This document shows, one piece after another, positions 1 to 13,452 of a stretch of 64,000 nt of DNA. Origin of the DNA: Leucoraja ocellata (taxonomy: Eukaryota); assembly GCA_036785375.1 (NCBI GenBank), contig JAWMAR010003005.1:1-64000 (forward strand). Direction: 5' to 3'. The notes under the pieces were generated by a model. It made no database searches. It worked only from the letters and a program-made list of their open reading frames with translations, and was not told where the DNA came from. The number at the start of each line of letters is the position of its first letter. Position 1 is the first letter of the stretch. Position numbers and translations under genes: made by a program.

Positions 1-680
1 ACTCTCTAATGGACCAATTTTATCCCTCGTTATCCTTTTGCCATTAATATAGCGGTAGAAACCCTTCGGATTTACTTTTACCTTACTTGCCAAAGCAACC
101 TCATATCTTCTTTTAGCTTTTCTAATTTCTTTCTTAAGATTCTTTTTACATTCTTTATACTCCTCCAGCACCTCATTTACTCCATGCTGAATATAATTAT
201 TGTAGATCTCCCTCTTTTTCTGAACCAAGTGTCCAATTTCCCTTGAAAACCATGGCTCTTTACAATTTTTACGATTTCCTTTCAACCGAACAGGGACATA
301 AAGATTCTGTACTCTTAAAATTTCACCTTTAAATGTACTCCATTTCTCTTCCACATCTTTCCCATAAAACAAACTGTCCCAATTTACTCCTTTTAAATCC
401 TTTCGCATCTCCTCAAAGTTAGCCTTTCTCCAATCAAAAATCTCAACCCTAGGTCCAGTTTTGTCCCTCTCCATAATTATATTGAAACTAATGGTATTGT
501 GATCACTGGACCCGAACTGTTCCCCAACGCATACCTCTGCCACCTGAGCCATCTCATTTCCTAACAGGAGGTCCAGTACCGCCTTTCTCTAATAGGTACT
601 TCTATGTATTGTTGCAAAAAACTATCCTGCACACATTTTACAAACTCCAACCCATCCAGCCCATTTACAAAATGTGTTTC
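1..680 (-). mobile_element. CR1-like LINE, ORF2 endonuclease region (left part of an element split by a nested insertion; runs off the window)
   Basis: Minus frame reads ETHFVNGLDGLEFVKCVQDSFLQQY..., directly continuing GDFNFPHIDWET of ORF 3697-4287. Confidence 0.85.
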
Positions 681-3600
681 TACATATACAAATATAGAGG
701 GGTACTCGACAATTAGGAAAGATAGACAGGAAAGAAAGGGAGGAGGGGTGGCCCTTTTAATAAGGGAGGGAATAACGGCAATAGAGAGGAAAGATATTGC
801 GTTGAAGGATCAGGATAGTGAAACAGCTTGGGTACAGATAGAGAATAATAAGGGGAAAAAAACACTAGTGGGTGTAATTTATAGACCTCCAAATAGCTGT
901 GACGCTGTTAGTCAGAACATAAATCTGCAAATAGTTGACGCATGTAAAAAGGGAACTGCTGTAATCATGGGGGACTTAAATTTTCATATTAATTGGGCAA
1001 ACCAAACTGGGCAGGGTAGACTAGAGGAAGAGTTTATAGAATGTATTAGAGACGGGTTCCTAGAACAGTATGTCACAGAACCGACAAGGAGGGAGGCAAT
1101 CTTGGATCTGGTCCTGTGTAATGAAGCAGGATTAATTAAAAATGTCATAGTTAGGGACTCGTTGGGAACAAGTGACCACAATATGGTCGAATTCCATATT
1201 CAAATAGAAGGGGAGCAGGTTGAAACTCAGGCTAGGGTGCTTAGTCTAAATAAGGGGGATTATGAAGGTATGAGGACTGAGCTGATCAAAGTTGACTGGG
1301 ATAGCAGACTCAAGAATAAGACGGTACATGAGCAGTGGTGTACGTTTAAGGGTATACTGTATAACCTTCAAGAAAAATTTATTCCTATGAAGAAAAAAAG
1401 GGGTAAGGGTAAGAACAGTCAGCCATGGCTCAGTAAAACTATAAAGGATAGTATTCGGCTGAAGGCAAGGGCATATAAGGTAGCCAGAGATAGTGGGAGG
1501 GTAGAGGATTGAGAAGCATTTAAAGGTCAGCAAAAAATAACTAAGAGATTAATTAAGACGGGGAAAATAGACTATGAAAGGAATTTAGCGAACAACATAA
1601 AAACTAATAGTAAGAGTTTTTATAGCTATATAAAAAGAAAAAGGGTGGCTAAGGTGAACGTTGGTCCATTGGAGGGTGAGACTGGAGAGTTGTTGGTGAG
1701 GAACATGGAAATGGCAAAGGCATTAAACGAGTATTTTGTATCAGTCTTCACCATAGAAGACACAAAATATATTCCAACGCTGGATAAACAGGGGGCGGTA
1801 GGAATGGAGGAGCTAAATACTATTAAGATCACCAAGGAGGTGGTATTAGGGAAATTAATGAGACTGAAGGAGGATAAATCCCCTGGGCCTGATGGATTAC
1901 ATCCAAGGGTCTTGAGGGAGATAGCGGTGGGGATTGTGGATGCATTGGTGATAATTTTCCAAAACTCCCTGGAGGCAGGAACGGTCCCAGTGGATTGGAA
2001 AATGGCCAATGTAACACCTATATTTAAAAAAGGAAGTAAACAGAAGGCGGGTAACTATAGACCGGTTAGTCTAACATCGGTGGTGGGTAAAATGTTAGAG
2101 ACAATTATTAAAGAAACACTAACGGGGCACTTGGATAAACATGACTTCATCGGCCAGAACCAGCATGGTTTTGTGAAGGGGAAGTCCTGTTTAACGAATC
2201 TGCTCGAATTCTTTGAGGAAGTAACAACCCGGGTGGATAAAGGGGAACCGGTGGATGTGGTATACTTGGACTTCCAAAAGGCTTTTGACAAGGTGCCACA
2301 TAAGAGACTATTGCTAAAAATAAAAAATTATGGGATTGGGGGTAATATATTAGCATGGGTAGAGGATTGGCTAACAAATAGGAAGCAGAGAGTGGGGATA
2401 AATGGTTCATACTCGGGATGGCAACCGGTAACTAGCGGGGTTCCGCAAGGGTCGGTGCTGGGACCCCAGTTGTTCACAATTTATATAAATGATTTGGAGG
2501 AGGGAACCAAGTGTAATATATCAAAATTTGCGGACGATACAAAAATGGGAGGAAAAGTAGGGGATGAGGAGGATAGGAAGAGTCTGCAAAAGGATATAGA
2601 TAAGCTAGGTGAGTGGGCAACAACTTGGCAGATGAAATTTAATACTAATAAATGTGAAGTCATTCACTTTGGGAAAAAAAAATGATAGGGCAAGTTATTT
2701 TCTAAATGAGGAGGAGCTGCGTTGTAATGCAACGCAAAGGGATCTAGGGGTATTAGTACATGAATCACTGAAAGTTAGTATGCAGGTGCAGCAAGCAATC
2801 AGGAAGGCCAATGGAGTTTTGGCCTTTATTGCTAGGGGGATTGAGTATAAAAACACGGAGGTCTTGCTGCAGCTGTACACAGTATTAGTGAGACCACATT
2901 TGGAATACTGTGTACAGTTCTGGGGTCCATACTTAAGAAAGGATGTACTAGCCCTGGAGGCAGTATAGCGAAGGTTTACAAGATTAATTCCTGCAATGAG
3001 GGGATTGACATATGAGGAAAGGTTAAGTAGGCTGGAACTCTACTCTTTGGAGTTTAGAAGAATGAGAGGCGATCTCATTGAAACATATAAGATCGTGAGG
3101 GGCCTTGATCGGGTGGATGCACCGAGGATGTTCCCAATGATCGGGGAAACTAGAACTAGGGGACATAGTTGCAGAATAAGGGGGGCTCTTTTAAAACTGA
3201 GATGAGGAAGAACTTCTTCACCCAGAGGGTGGTTAATTTATGGAATTCACTGCCCCAGGGAGCAGTGGAAGCAGAAACTTTAAATATATTTAAGACTAAA
3301 ATAGATGGTTTTTTAGCTGCCAAGGGGATAAGGGGCTACGGGGAGAGGGCAGGGATATGGACCTAGGTATGGTTAGTATAGTAAGACCTGAGTGATCTCC
3401 TGGACAAGTGTCGATCGCCTAGATTGGGGTCGGAGAGGAATTTCCCGGATTTTTTTCCCGAATTGGACCTGGGTTTTTATCCGTTTTTTTGCCTCCCCCA
3501 GGAGATCACGAGGTTCTTGGGGTGGAGAGGGGTGATAGCGGTATAAAGGGGAGGGTAGTATCTTGTGTTCTGTGTCTTGTGTCTACTGTTTGTGGGTAAG

Positions 3601-3705
3601 TGTGTCTGTTTAGTGTTCAGCCATGAGCGAATGGCGGTGCGGGCTCGATGGACCTGGTGGTCTGCTCTCGCACCTACTTTCTATGTTTCTATGTTTCTAT
3701 GTTTC
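681..3705 (+). mobile_element. CR1-like LINE, 5'-truncated ORF2 (APE endonuclease + RT) with (TTCTATGT)n tail; disabled by stops and frameshifts
   Basis: ORFs with YRPP, SDH, GVPQGSVLGP, FADD, RPHLEYC motifs; in-frame stops at ~1510 and ~2966, frameshift in A-run ~2680; octamer tail 3678-3705. Confidence 0.92.
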
Positions 3706-5330
3706 CCAGTCTATGTGTGGAAAATTGAAATCTCCCACAATCACTGCCTTGTGCTTACTACTAATATCTGCAATCTCCTTACATATTTGCTCTTCCAATT
3801 CTCGCTCCCCATTTGGCGGTCTATAATACTCCCCTATAAGTGTTGCTACCCCTTTCCCATTTCTCAGTTCCACCCAAATAGCCTCCCTAGACGAGCCCTC
3901 TAATCTATCCTGCCAAAGCACTGCTGTAATATCTTCCCTGATAAGCAATGCAACACCTCCACCTCTTGCCCCTCCAATTCTATCACACCTGAAGCAACGA
4001 AATCCTGGAATATTTAGTTTCCAATCACAGCCCTCCTGCAACCATGTTTCACTGATCGCCACAACATCATACTTCCAGGTGTCAATCCAGGCTCTAAGTT
4101 CATCCACTTTTCTTACAATGCTCCTAGCATTAAAATATACACATTTAAGAAACCCACCCTCTCTTATTCTCTGATTATTTTCTTTTTCTTCTCTCTCCCC
4201 TACATTTTGGGTCAGAGTGCTACCATTCTCTGCCCCCTGCTTCTCACACTGACTGCTAGCTTTCCCAATTTGAGTCCCTCCCCCCAACCATACTAGTTTA
4301 AAGTCTCCCCAGTAGCCTTTGCAAATCTCCCCGCCAGGATATTGGTCCCCCTTGAGTTCAAGTGCAACCCGTCCTTTCTGTACAGGTCACACCTTCCCCT
4401 AAAGAGGTCCCAATGATCCAGAAACTCGAATCCATACCCACTGCACCAGTCCCTCATCCACGCATTTATCCTCCACCTCGCTCCATTCCTACTCTCACTG
4501 TCGCATGGCACAGGCAGTAATCCTGAGATTGTTACCTTTCTAGTCCTTCTCCTTAACTCTCTACCTAACTCCCTAAATTCTTCTTTCAGGACCTCTTCTC
4601 TTTTTTTCCCTATGTCGTTGGTACCTATATGCACCCCAACTCAGGCTCCTCTCCCTCCCATTTCAGGATTTCTTGGACACGTTCAGACACATCCCTGACC
4701 CTGGCACCAGGGAGGCAAACTACCATCCGGGACTCCTGTCTGCATCCACAGAATCGCCTATGCGACCCCCTGACTATAGAGTCCCCTATTACAATTGCCC
4801 TCCCCTTCTTTTCCTTACCCTTCTGAGCAACAGGACCGGTCTTTGTGCCAGAGGCCCGGCCGCTGTTGCTGCCCCCAGGTAGGCTGTCTCCCCCACCCTT
4901 ACTCAAGCATGAGTACTTATTTTCAAGGTGTACAGCCACCGGGGTACTCACCAGTCCCTGCCTCTGCCCGTTGCCCTTCCTAACTGAGACCCAGTTTTCT
5001 GTGTCCCGTGGTCTTGGAGTGACCACCTCCCTGTAACTCCTTTCTATGACCTCCTCGCTCTCCCTGAGCAGACAGAGGTCATCGAGTTGCTGTTCCAGGT
5101 TCCTGACACGGTCCCTTAGGAGCCCCATCTCGTCGCACCTTGCGCAGATGTGGAAGTCTGGAGGGCACTCCGACTACATGACCTCCCACATCTGACATCC
5201 AGAACAGTAAACTATCCTGGCCTTCATTCTCCCCCTTATCCAAATACAATAAAGCCATACCGGGATACAAGCCAATCAGCTGCTTCCTCTGGTCCTCTTC
5301 CACCAATCAGAGACTTCCACCAGAATCAGA
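3700..5330 (-). mobile_element. CR1-like LINE 5' part: ORF1 (SGNH esterase-like) and start of ORF2
   Basis: VIGDSIVR, CLPGARV, HIGTND, DGLHLN motifs (4293-5128); FNARSI, ISETW, GGGVAL, GDFN in 3697-4287. Confidence 0.88.
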
Positions 5331-5495
5331 ATCCTTCTCTGGAAGTGAGATGGAACGTTGCAGATTTGGGTAACTCACAGCTCCAGGTAAGTCCTCCTCT
5401 CGCCAACGGCTCCCCGGGCCTCTGTAGAAGCAAACCCCGCGCTGTTTTTATACTCACAGCTCCAGGTAACTCCTCCTCTCACCAACGGCTCCCCG

Positions 5496-6908
5496 GAATT
5501 TGAATAACAAAAATTATAATAAAAATCCAATGATACATAGTACAATTAGAACTTGGAAACAAATAAAACAGAACTTAAAATTAAGAAATCTATCACTGCT
5601 AATGCCAATAGCCAATAACCCTTCGTTTAAACCCTCAATTATAGATAAATCATTTACCCAATGGGAAAGAACGGGAATCAAAACGCTCGGAGACGTATGA
5701 ATTAGGGAAATTATTACCATTTCAACAATTACAACTGAAATATAACTTGAAAAATAATCAATATTTTAAATATCTTCAAATCCGTGATTATCTGAAAATA
5801 TATACAAAAGACTATTATAATATGCCCCCAGACTTATTAGATGAAGCCATGAAGATAAAGGCTGAATCAGCAAATCTAATATCGTACTTATATAATATTA
5901 TATTGAATATAGAAATACCTACAACAGATAATATTAGAAGAGACTGGGAACAAGAACTAGCTATAAAAATTTCAAAAGAGAGCTGGGATAAACACTTATT
6001 ATATGTGCATAAATGCTCGATCAACGTACGACATACTCTAATCCAATATAAAACATTACATAGACTATATTATTCAAAAACTAAAATAAATAAACTTTTC
6101 CCCAATGTCTCACCCATTTGTGATAAATGTCAGTTACAAGAAGCTAACATAGCGCACTCTTTTGTTTTATGTATAAAAATTCTTGAACAAAATATTTGAA
6201 ATCTTTACAAAATTATTTAAAACAAAACTACTACCCAAAGTAGAATGGATCATTTTTGGAATATCGGAAGGTAACCCAGAATTAAATATGTTTCAAAAGA
6301 ACTTACTTAATTATGGGCTAACAATGGGAAAAAAGCTTATACTAAAATTTTGGAAAAATGCTCCAATACCAACAACAAAAATGTGGATTTCAAACATGTT
6401 CGAAACACTACACTTGGAAGAGATGAGACTCCTCCTAGCAGGCAAAGCAGATCACTTCCAAAAGACGTGTTCTGCATTTATGGAACTATTACAAGCATAA
6501 GCTGCAATAATAAGTTAAAACATAAAGGCTACCAGGACCTGGTAACGGGGGGGTATAAAATAATTTTTTAATAAAAACACGGTTGGTATATCCTTTTTTG
6601 CGGAGTTTTTTGTTACAATAGAGCGATTGATTTTCCTTTCTTCTTTTTTTTCTTTTCTTTCTAGGGTCTTATTTATTTTCTTTACTTCCTTCTCTAATTC
6701 CTTACCTAATGGGTTCCTTTCTCCCAACACTTTCCTGCACCTTCACGATTCTTGCTTACTTTCCTTACTTCTTTTGTTTCTATCTTTTTTAAAACTCAAA
6801 AAATGAAGTGGTACAACATAATGTAATAAGATATATCTGATGTGTATTATTGTAATTTACTGTACTGCTAATAAAAATAAAATAAAAATAAATAAATAAA
6901 TAAATAAA
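5496..6908 (+). mobile_element. L1-clade LINE 3' fragment with A-rich/(AAAT)n tail
   Basis: ORFs 5500-6500 nearly match the C-terminus of the L1 ORF2 at 34312-36100 (CDKC...H knuckle); A-rich tail ~6869-6908. Confidence 0.88.
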
Positions 6909-9765
6909 CTTTATTCGACACAGTCATCACAGGCATATGATACAACAGATCAAAACATAATCAGAAATTACACTATATCAAATAATCATTATAGTACAAA
7001 TGTGCATTCATTGTTTACAATACTCTCAACCCCACGCGGTGACCAGCGCCCACGGAATACCTCCAGAGTACCCGTGGACACCGCGTGTTCCCTCTCCAGG
7101 GACACACGTGCACGGACATAAGCCCAAAAGAGGGGCAGGCATCCGACTCTAGCCTGACCCTCGACCGCCCGCTGCCAATGGCCATCTTGGCCAGGCCCAG
7201 GAACAAACCGACAGGGAAGTCCCACCCCCCCCACTTGGCTCTCCCCACACCCTGCCTTGTGTCCAAACACAAGAATCGTAGGACTAAAATGTAACCAGTG
7301 CTTGAGGAACAACCCTTTCATATATATAATAATAGGAACAAACTCTCTTCCTGGCTGCAGAAAATACAGGTGGTAGACGAGCCCATGAACCGACTCTAAA
7401 GTTTATTACACGCCACCGCTCTATGCAGCACTCTCCACCCCAGGTCCCCAATGTAAAGGGGGACAACTCCCTTATAGATGGACCCCCACTGGGGACCTTT
7501 CCCACCTTTGGGTGGGAACACAGACTGCCATGGTGTGTCAGGGCGGGAGATGAAGGCAAGGAGGTGCAGAAAGTACAGGAACATTCTGTACAGTGAGCGT
7601 CTCTTCGCATCATGAAACGGCATGCTGGTCATCTCAGAGAGGCGGCTCAGGTTGTGTGGAGCCGGTTCCCGAGAAATATCCCAGAGTCGAGGCCCGATGA
7701 GCAGATCTGATGATGCGGGTGAAAGCTCATTCAGAACCACTCTAGGCACGCGCCTCTCCTCAACACTCGCCATGACAGAGTGAGGACCGGCCACTCCCGC
7801 AGCCGCAACATCCCCTTCCCCTCGTGGAGTGACACGCTGGCTGAAAACAGCCAAATTCCTCACTCTTAGCACATCCCAGTAGAAAACAGGCAAGCCCCTT
7901 AGGGCGGGTCGACTGATGCCCGCCACCGGGAGCCGTGAGACCCCCTTAGGCAACGACCCCGACGGAAACAATACGTGGCCAAAGCGTGCCATCTGGGGGG
8001 GTTCTCTACATACATATACCTCCGCAGAGTCCTGAGATGGAGAGCCGCCACCTGGGTACGCACGCACACCAAAGACTGGCCGCCCTCATCTAACGGGAGA
8101 CTCAGAACCGCTGCGGAAACCCAGTGCTTCCTATTTCGCCAAAATAAATCCACCAGTTTCTTCTGTAAAGTAGTTACAAATATGGAAGGCGGGACAAGAG
8201 TAGCCAGCCGGTACCATAACATGGAGGCCACCAGCTGGTTTATGACCAACACCCTCCCCTGAAAGAATAGAACTCCAAGCAGGCCTGACCAGCGCCCCAG
8301 CCTGGCAACCACTTTCGTCTCCAACTCCTGCCAATTTGCCGGACAAGCATCCTCAGTGGGACTCAGGTACACTCCCAGATAGAGGAGGTGCGTGGTGCTC
8401 CACGCAAACATTGCCATCTCCTCTGGCAGGGAGTCCACCTGCCACTGACCCACTAAAAGTCCAGAGCACTTGCTCCAATTAATCCTGGCAGAAATGCAGC
8501 CGAGAAAATCTTCTGGCAATCACGCATCCTCCGCAGGTCACCAGGATCGGTGAACATAAGGAGTACATCATCGGCATACGCCGAAAGAACCACCTCCACC
8601 CCCGGGCCCGGTAGGGCCAGACCTGTCAACCTCCTCCGAAGAAGACACAGGAATGGCTCCACACAGACCGATTACAACTGACCCAACATGGGGCACCCCT
8701 GACGGACCCCCCTCCCAAAATGAAAGGGAGCCAACAACACACCATTCACCTTCACAAGGCACTCCACTGCAGCATACAAAAGCCAGACCCCGGGCCACAA
8801 AATGCGGTCCAAATGCAAACGCTTGCAACGTCCCGAAGATGTATTCATGCTCTACCATATCAAAAGCCTTCTCCTGATCAAGAGACAGAAAAGCAGCTGA
8901 CTGACCAGTACCCTGGGCTAGATGAATCAGGTCCCTAACCAGGTGGATGTTATCCTGAATGGACTGACCTGGGACTGTGTAGGACTGGTCAGGGTGAATC
9001 AGTTGAGACAGCACGGAGCCCATGCAATTCGCCATCGCCCGTGCAAAAACTTTGTACTCTGTACATAGGAGGGAGACCGGGCACCAGTACTTCACCAAGC
9101 GGAGTTCCCCCTTCTTGGGCAGCAGGACAACAACTGCTCTACGCCACGAGAGGGGCATCTCCCCGGTCACCAGGCTCTCCCCCAGAACCAACATGTAGTC
9201 ACCCGCATGATATCCCAGAAAGTTATAACATACTTTACCGTCAACCCATCCAGCCCGGGGGACTTACCCCTCCTGAGCTGATGCAATGCACGAGTCAACT
9301 CCTCCAAAGATAAGGAGCCATCAAGAAGATCGGCCACCTCCCTTTCTACAGTTGGTAGACCCTCCCACAGGTCCTGCTGAGCCTCCCCGCTGAATCCACC
9401 TGCGGAGAACAGGGACCCGTAAAAGGACCTGACCAGGGCACTAATCCTCTCCGGATCAGTGACAGAGGAGCCATCGTCTGCGAGAATCTCTACGACCTGT
9501 TTGCGGGCTCCCCGCCCTTTCTCCAGAGAGAAAAAGAAAGGTGAAGCTCAGTTCAGATCGTGCAGCATCTGGACCCGCAACCTCACGTAAACGCCTCAGG
9601 ACCGCTCAAGTTGCAGGTTCCTCAAGGCTTCCTTCTTCTCCTGAATTCCGCATTCACAGGAGTCATCACTAAACCGACCCAGGCGAGACTCTGCGTCCAG
9701 TAGCTCCCTCTCAAGCCTCTCGACCGCAGAGTCCTGCCGTCCGGTCGACCCCCACGTGTATTCCT
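6909..9765 (-). mobile_element. Tx1-like (L1 clade) LINE fragment, degenerate RT
   Basis: LLPKKG, IHPDQ, LDQEKAFD, AYADD, YLGV motifs across frameshifted ORFs 7396-9194. Confidence 0.8.
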
Positions 9766-9825
9766 TATGTGTATTCCTTACCTGAAATTGGAGAGTTCAA
9801 TGTTCATACCGCTATTTCAGGTAGT

Positions 9826-10500
9826 CCTTGCTTTCTCACTCTTTCCCCTCCCCTTCCCAGCTCTCCCACAGCCCACAACCCACTGTCCCCGTCTCTTCCT
9901 TTCTTCTCCCCCCCCCCCCACACTTCAGTCTGAGGAAGGGTCTCGACCTGAAACATCACCTATTCCTTCGCTCCGTAGATGCTGCCTCACCCACTGAGTT
10001 TCTCCAGCATTTTGTCTACCATTCGTGTCTAAACCCATGACTATAAGCTTCAGGGAAGAGCATCTGCTGACTTTACCTGGTCTTGTTATGTGACTCCAGG
10101 CCCCCAGTTATGTAGCCGACCCGTATCAGCTCTGAAATGGCCCTGGGAAACATCCAGTTCAAAGGCGGTTGTGGACGGGAAATAAATGTTAGTTCACTTC
10201 ACTTGCACCTCCTCCAACCTCATCTACTGTATCCACTGTTCAAGATGTGGACTCTTACACATCTGCGAGACCAAACGTAGACTGGGCGATCGTTTCGCTG
10301 AACACCTTCGCTCAGTCCCCCTGGACCAACCTGATCTCCCGGTTGCCAAACACTTTAATTCCCCATCCCATTCCCACACTGACCTGTCTGTCCTGGACCT
10401 CCTCCACTGTCAGAGTGAGATGAAACACAAATTGGAGGAACAGCATCTCATATTTCACTTGGACAGCTTACAACCCAGCACAAGGAATATTGATTTCATG
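9826..10500 (+). mobile_element. Penelope-like element fragments: terminal-repeat piece with hammerhead-like motif, and GIY-YIG endonuclease fragment
   Basis: CTGAGGA-stem-GAAAC at 9930-9954; FTCTSSNLIYCIHCSRC...ETKRRLGDRFAEH...VAKHFN at 10190-10500. Confidence 0.8.
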
Positions 10501-10504
10501 AATT

Positions 10505-12080
10505 GTTTCCATGTCCCAGCTACACTAGTCCCACCTGCCTGTGTTTGGCCCACATCCTTCCAACCCTGTCCTATCCATGTACCTGTCCAACTGTTTCTTA
10601 AATATTCAGATAGTCCCAGCCTCAACTACCTCCTCCGGCAGTTCATTCCATACACCCACCACCCTGTTTGGAAAAGTTTACCTCTCAGATTCCTATTCAA
10701 TCTTTTCCCCTACACCTTGAACCTATGTCTTCTGGTCCTCGATTCCCTTACTCTGGGCAAAAGACTCTATGCATCTACCCAATCTATTCCTCTCATGATT
10801 TTGTACACCTCTATAAGGTCACCATTCAACCTCCTGCGCTCCAAGGATTAGAGTCCCAGCCTACGTAACCTCTCCCTATAGCCGACCCTGATATCTTGGC
10901 AACATCCTCATAAATCTTCTCTGTACCCTTTCCAGCTTGTTGACATCTTCCCAATAACATTGTGCCCAGAACTGAACACAATACTCTAAATGTGGTCCCA
11001 TCAATGACATATAATAGACAATAAACAATAGGTGTAGGAATAGGCCATTCGGCCCTTCGAGCCAGCACCGCCATTCAATGCGATCATGGCTGATCATCCA
11101 CAATCAGTAGCCCGTTCCTGCCTCCTCCCCATATCCCCTGACTCCGCCATCTTTAAGAGCTCTCTCTTAAAAATATCTAGAGAACCTGCCTCCACCCCCC
11201 TCTGAGGCAGAGAATTCGAACATGACCTCTCAACTTCTATACTCAATACACTGACTGATGAATCCAATGTGTCAAAAGTATTTTTGACCACCCGAACTAT
11301 CTGCGACTACACCTTCAAGGAACCATGCACCTGTAATCCTAGATCCCTCTGCTCTACAACACTCCCCGGAGGCCTACCATTGTCTGGTCATGCCCCAATG
11401 TCTTTTCCCCGAGGTGTGTTCCTCCAATACCCGGCCCCATGGGCTTTCCTGCAATGTTTGGCCCTCTGACCTATGCCATTTGGATCAGGTGCTGGAGTTG
11501 ACTCTTCAGTATCAGTTGTATTCTTTTCGGAACCTGTTCATGTACTCCTCTCCTGATGCGTTTTAGCCCAGTATCTGGTGTATTTGGTGCACTCATAGAG
11601 TCATAGATTAATATAGTGCGGAAACAGGCCCTTCGGCCCAACATGCCCACACCGGCCAACAATGTCCCAACTACCCTAGTTCCACTTGCCTGCACTTGGT
11701 CCATATCCCTCCAAACCTGCCCTACCCATGTACCTGTCCAACTGTTTCTTAAACCATGGACTACCTCCTCTAGCAGTTTGTTCCATACACCCACCAACCT
11801 CTGTGTGAAAATGTTACCCCTTGATTCCTTTTAAATCTTTTCCCCTTCACCTTGAACCCATGTCCACTGGTCCTCGATTCCCCTACTCTGGGTAAAAGAC
11901 TCTGTACACCCACCCGATCTATTCCTCTTATGATTTTGTACATCTCTATAAGATCACCCCTCATCCTTGTACGCTCCATAGAATAAAGACCCACCCTGCT
12001 CAACCTCTTCCTGTAGCTCACACCCTCAAGTCCTGGCAACATCCTGGCAACATCCTCGTAAAAGTCCTGGCAACATCCTC
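10505..12080 (-). mobile_element. Cluster of short CR1-like 3' fragments
   Basis: [31 protein letters not shown] motifs in minus ORFs 10876-12042. Confidence 0.75.
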
Positions 12081-12145
12081 AGCTGAAGTCCCTAAAGTGA
12101 TGAGTAAAATGATGATCAACTCCAAACATTTCATGTTTTTGTTAT

Positions 12146-12156
12146 TTTATTTTATT
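12146..12156 (-). terminator. Candidate poly(A) signals (AATAAA) for the IgW membrane transcript
   Basis: Overlapping TTTATT on + at 12146-12151 and 12151-12156, ~650 nt past the TM2 stop. Confidence 0.45.
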
Positions 12157-12539
12157 TATGCATCTAATTTCAAATGAAAACATACAGTTCAGCAGAAAAA
12201 TTAAAAAATAAGCTGCAGTCAATGAGTTAAACAACATCTACTTTACAAAACCTGATTGAGCAAGTCCCCAAGCATTGCCCCCCCCCCCCTCCCCTCCACC
12301 ACATTGCTTCCTGTTCCTTCTCCCCTCCCCATGCCCCCTTCTTGCACCTAGGGCATCAGCGCATCCCTCCCCCTCCCACACTCCCCTCTTCTCCTTCACT
12401 CATCACATTCCCATCTGCTCCCCTTTCCCAAACATTAATCCTGCCTTCCTCTCCCACTCCTGAATGCCATCCACTCCATGTGTCTTATACCCTGACATTT
12501 CCTCAGTGTCATGTCCTATCCTGTCCTTCCCACAACACC

Positions 12540-12632
12540 CCCCCACCCCCCGCCCACTCGCCCCACCCCCCGCCCACTCGCCCCACCCCCCGCCCACTCG
12601 CCCTACCCCCCGCCCACTAGCCCCACCCCCCC
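12540..12632. repeat. 20-bp tandem repeat (CCCCACCCCCCGCCCACTCG) x ~4.5
   Basis: Directly visible. Confidence 0.9.
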
Positions 12633-12807
12633 TGTTTCTTCCCCAGCATCCCCAGTGCATTTCCAAGTTTATCTCCTGTAATGAGCGTTTGCAGAGCAGT
12701 AGCCTCGGATTGCCGAGTGAGTGAGTGAAAGACAGGGAGACTCCATTTGTCAACGTCAACAGCTGCATGGCGATCTCTTGAGTGAAGGTGGCGTGTGTGT
12801 CGGCTGG

Positions 12808-12819
12808 TCATTGTTGCAC
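12808..12819 (-). CDS. IgW: Candidate IgW TM2 exon (VQQ*)
   Basis: CTAAC branch point, then TTTCCTGTGTATATTACAG|GTG CAA CAA TGA; phase 0 matches the TM1 donor; lies in a non-TE island downstream of TM1. Confidence 0.65.
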   Translation of the reverse strand: MQQ

Positions 12820-13139
12820 CTGTAATATACACAGGAAAGTTAGATATTGTGTGTGACAAGGTGCAGCACAGATGGTGACCTGCAGGGACAGGCAAACTAA
12901 ATAACAGACAGTCTGTCCTTAACCTCAGAGATGGACCCTCATGGACAGGGGGTCTGCAACATTTCTAGGACCCTCGAGGATTGGTGGTCTGTGCATGTGT
13001 GTAGGAGATGGACCCTCATGGACAGGTGGTCTTTCATTAGTGGCCCAGGTCAACTCTAAGGGATACACAGTCTGAATACCAGTTGTGGGCTGAAGAGAGG
13101 TCCCGTACTTGGGCTCAGTTTCCAGATACGGAGTACCCT

Positions 13140-13452
13140 GTTAGTTGTAGTTCAGTGATACAGCATCAAACAAGCCCTTCAGCCCAGGGAGACTGCGCCG
13201 ACCTGCGATCCCTGCACATTAACACTACCCTACACACACTAGGGACAATATTTTTACATTTACATCAAGCCAATTAACCTACAAACCTGTACATCTTTGG
13301 AGTTTGGGAGGAAACCGAAGATGTTGGAGAAAACATACGCATGTCACGGGGAGAACGTACAAACTCCGTACAGACTGCACCCGTAGTCAGGATGGAACCC
13401 AGATCTCTGGCACTGTAAGGCAGCAGCTCTATCGCTGTGCCACCGTGATGCC
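13140..13452 (-). mobile_element. tRNA-derived SINE (V-SINE/HE1-like)
   Basis: Minus strand begins GGGCATCACGGTGGCACAGCG (A-box-like), then GGTTCCATCC (B-box-like) and GGTTTCCTCCCA core; related copy at 42370. Confidence 0.7.

Noticed and set aside
604-1512. 302-aa ORF as a host gene
   Set aside because: Chimera of antisense host CR1 and the endonuclease of the inserted CR1.
13140-13452. tRNA gene
   Set aside because: The tRNA-like head continues into a SINE core and LINE-like tail; no full cloverleaf.
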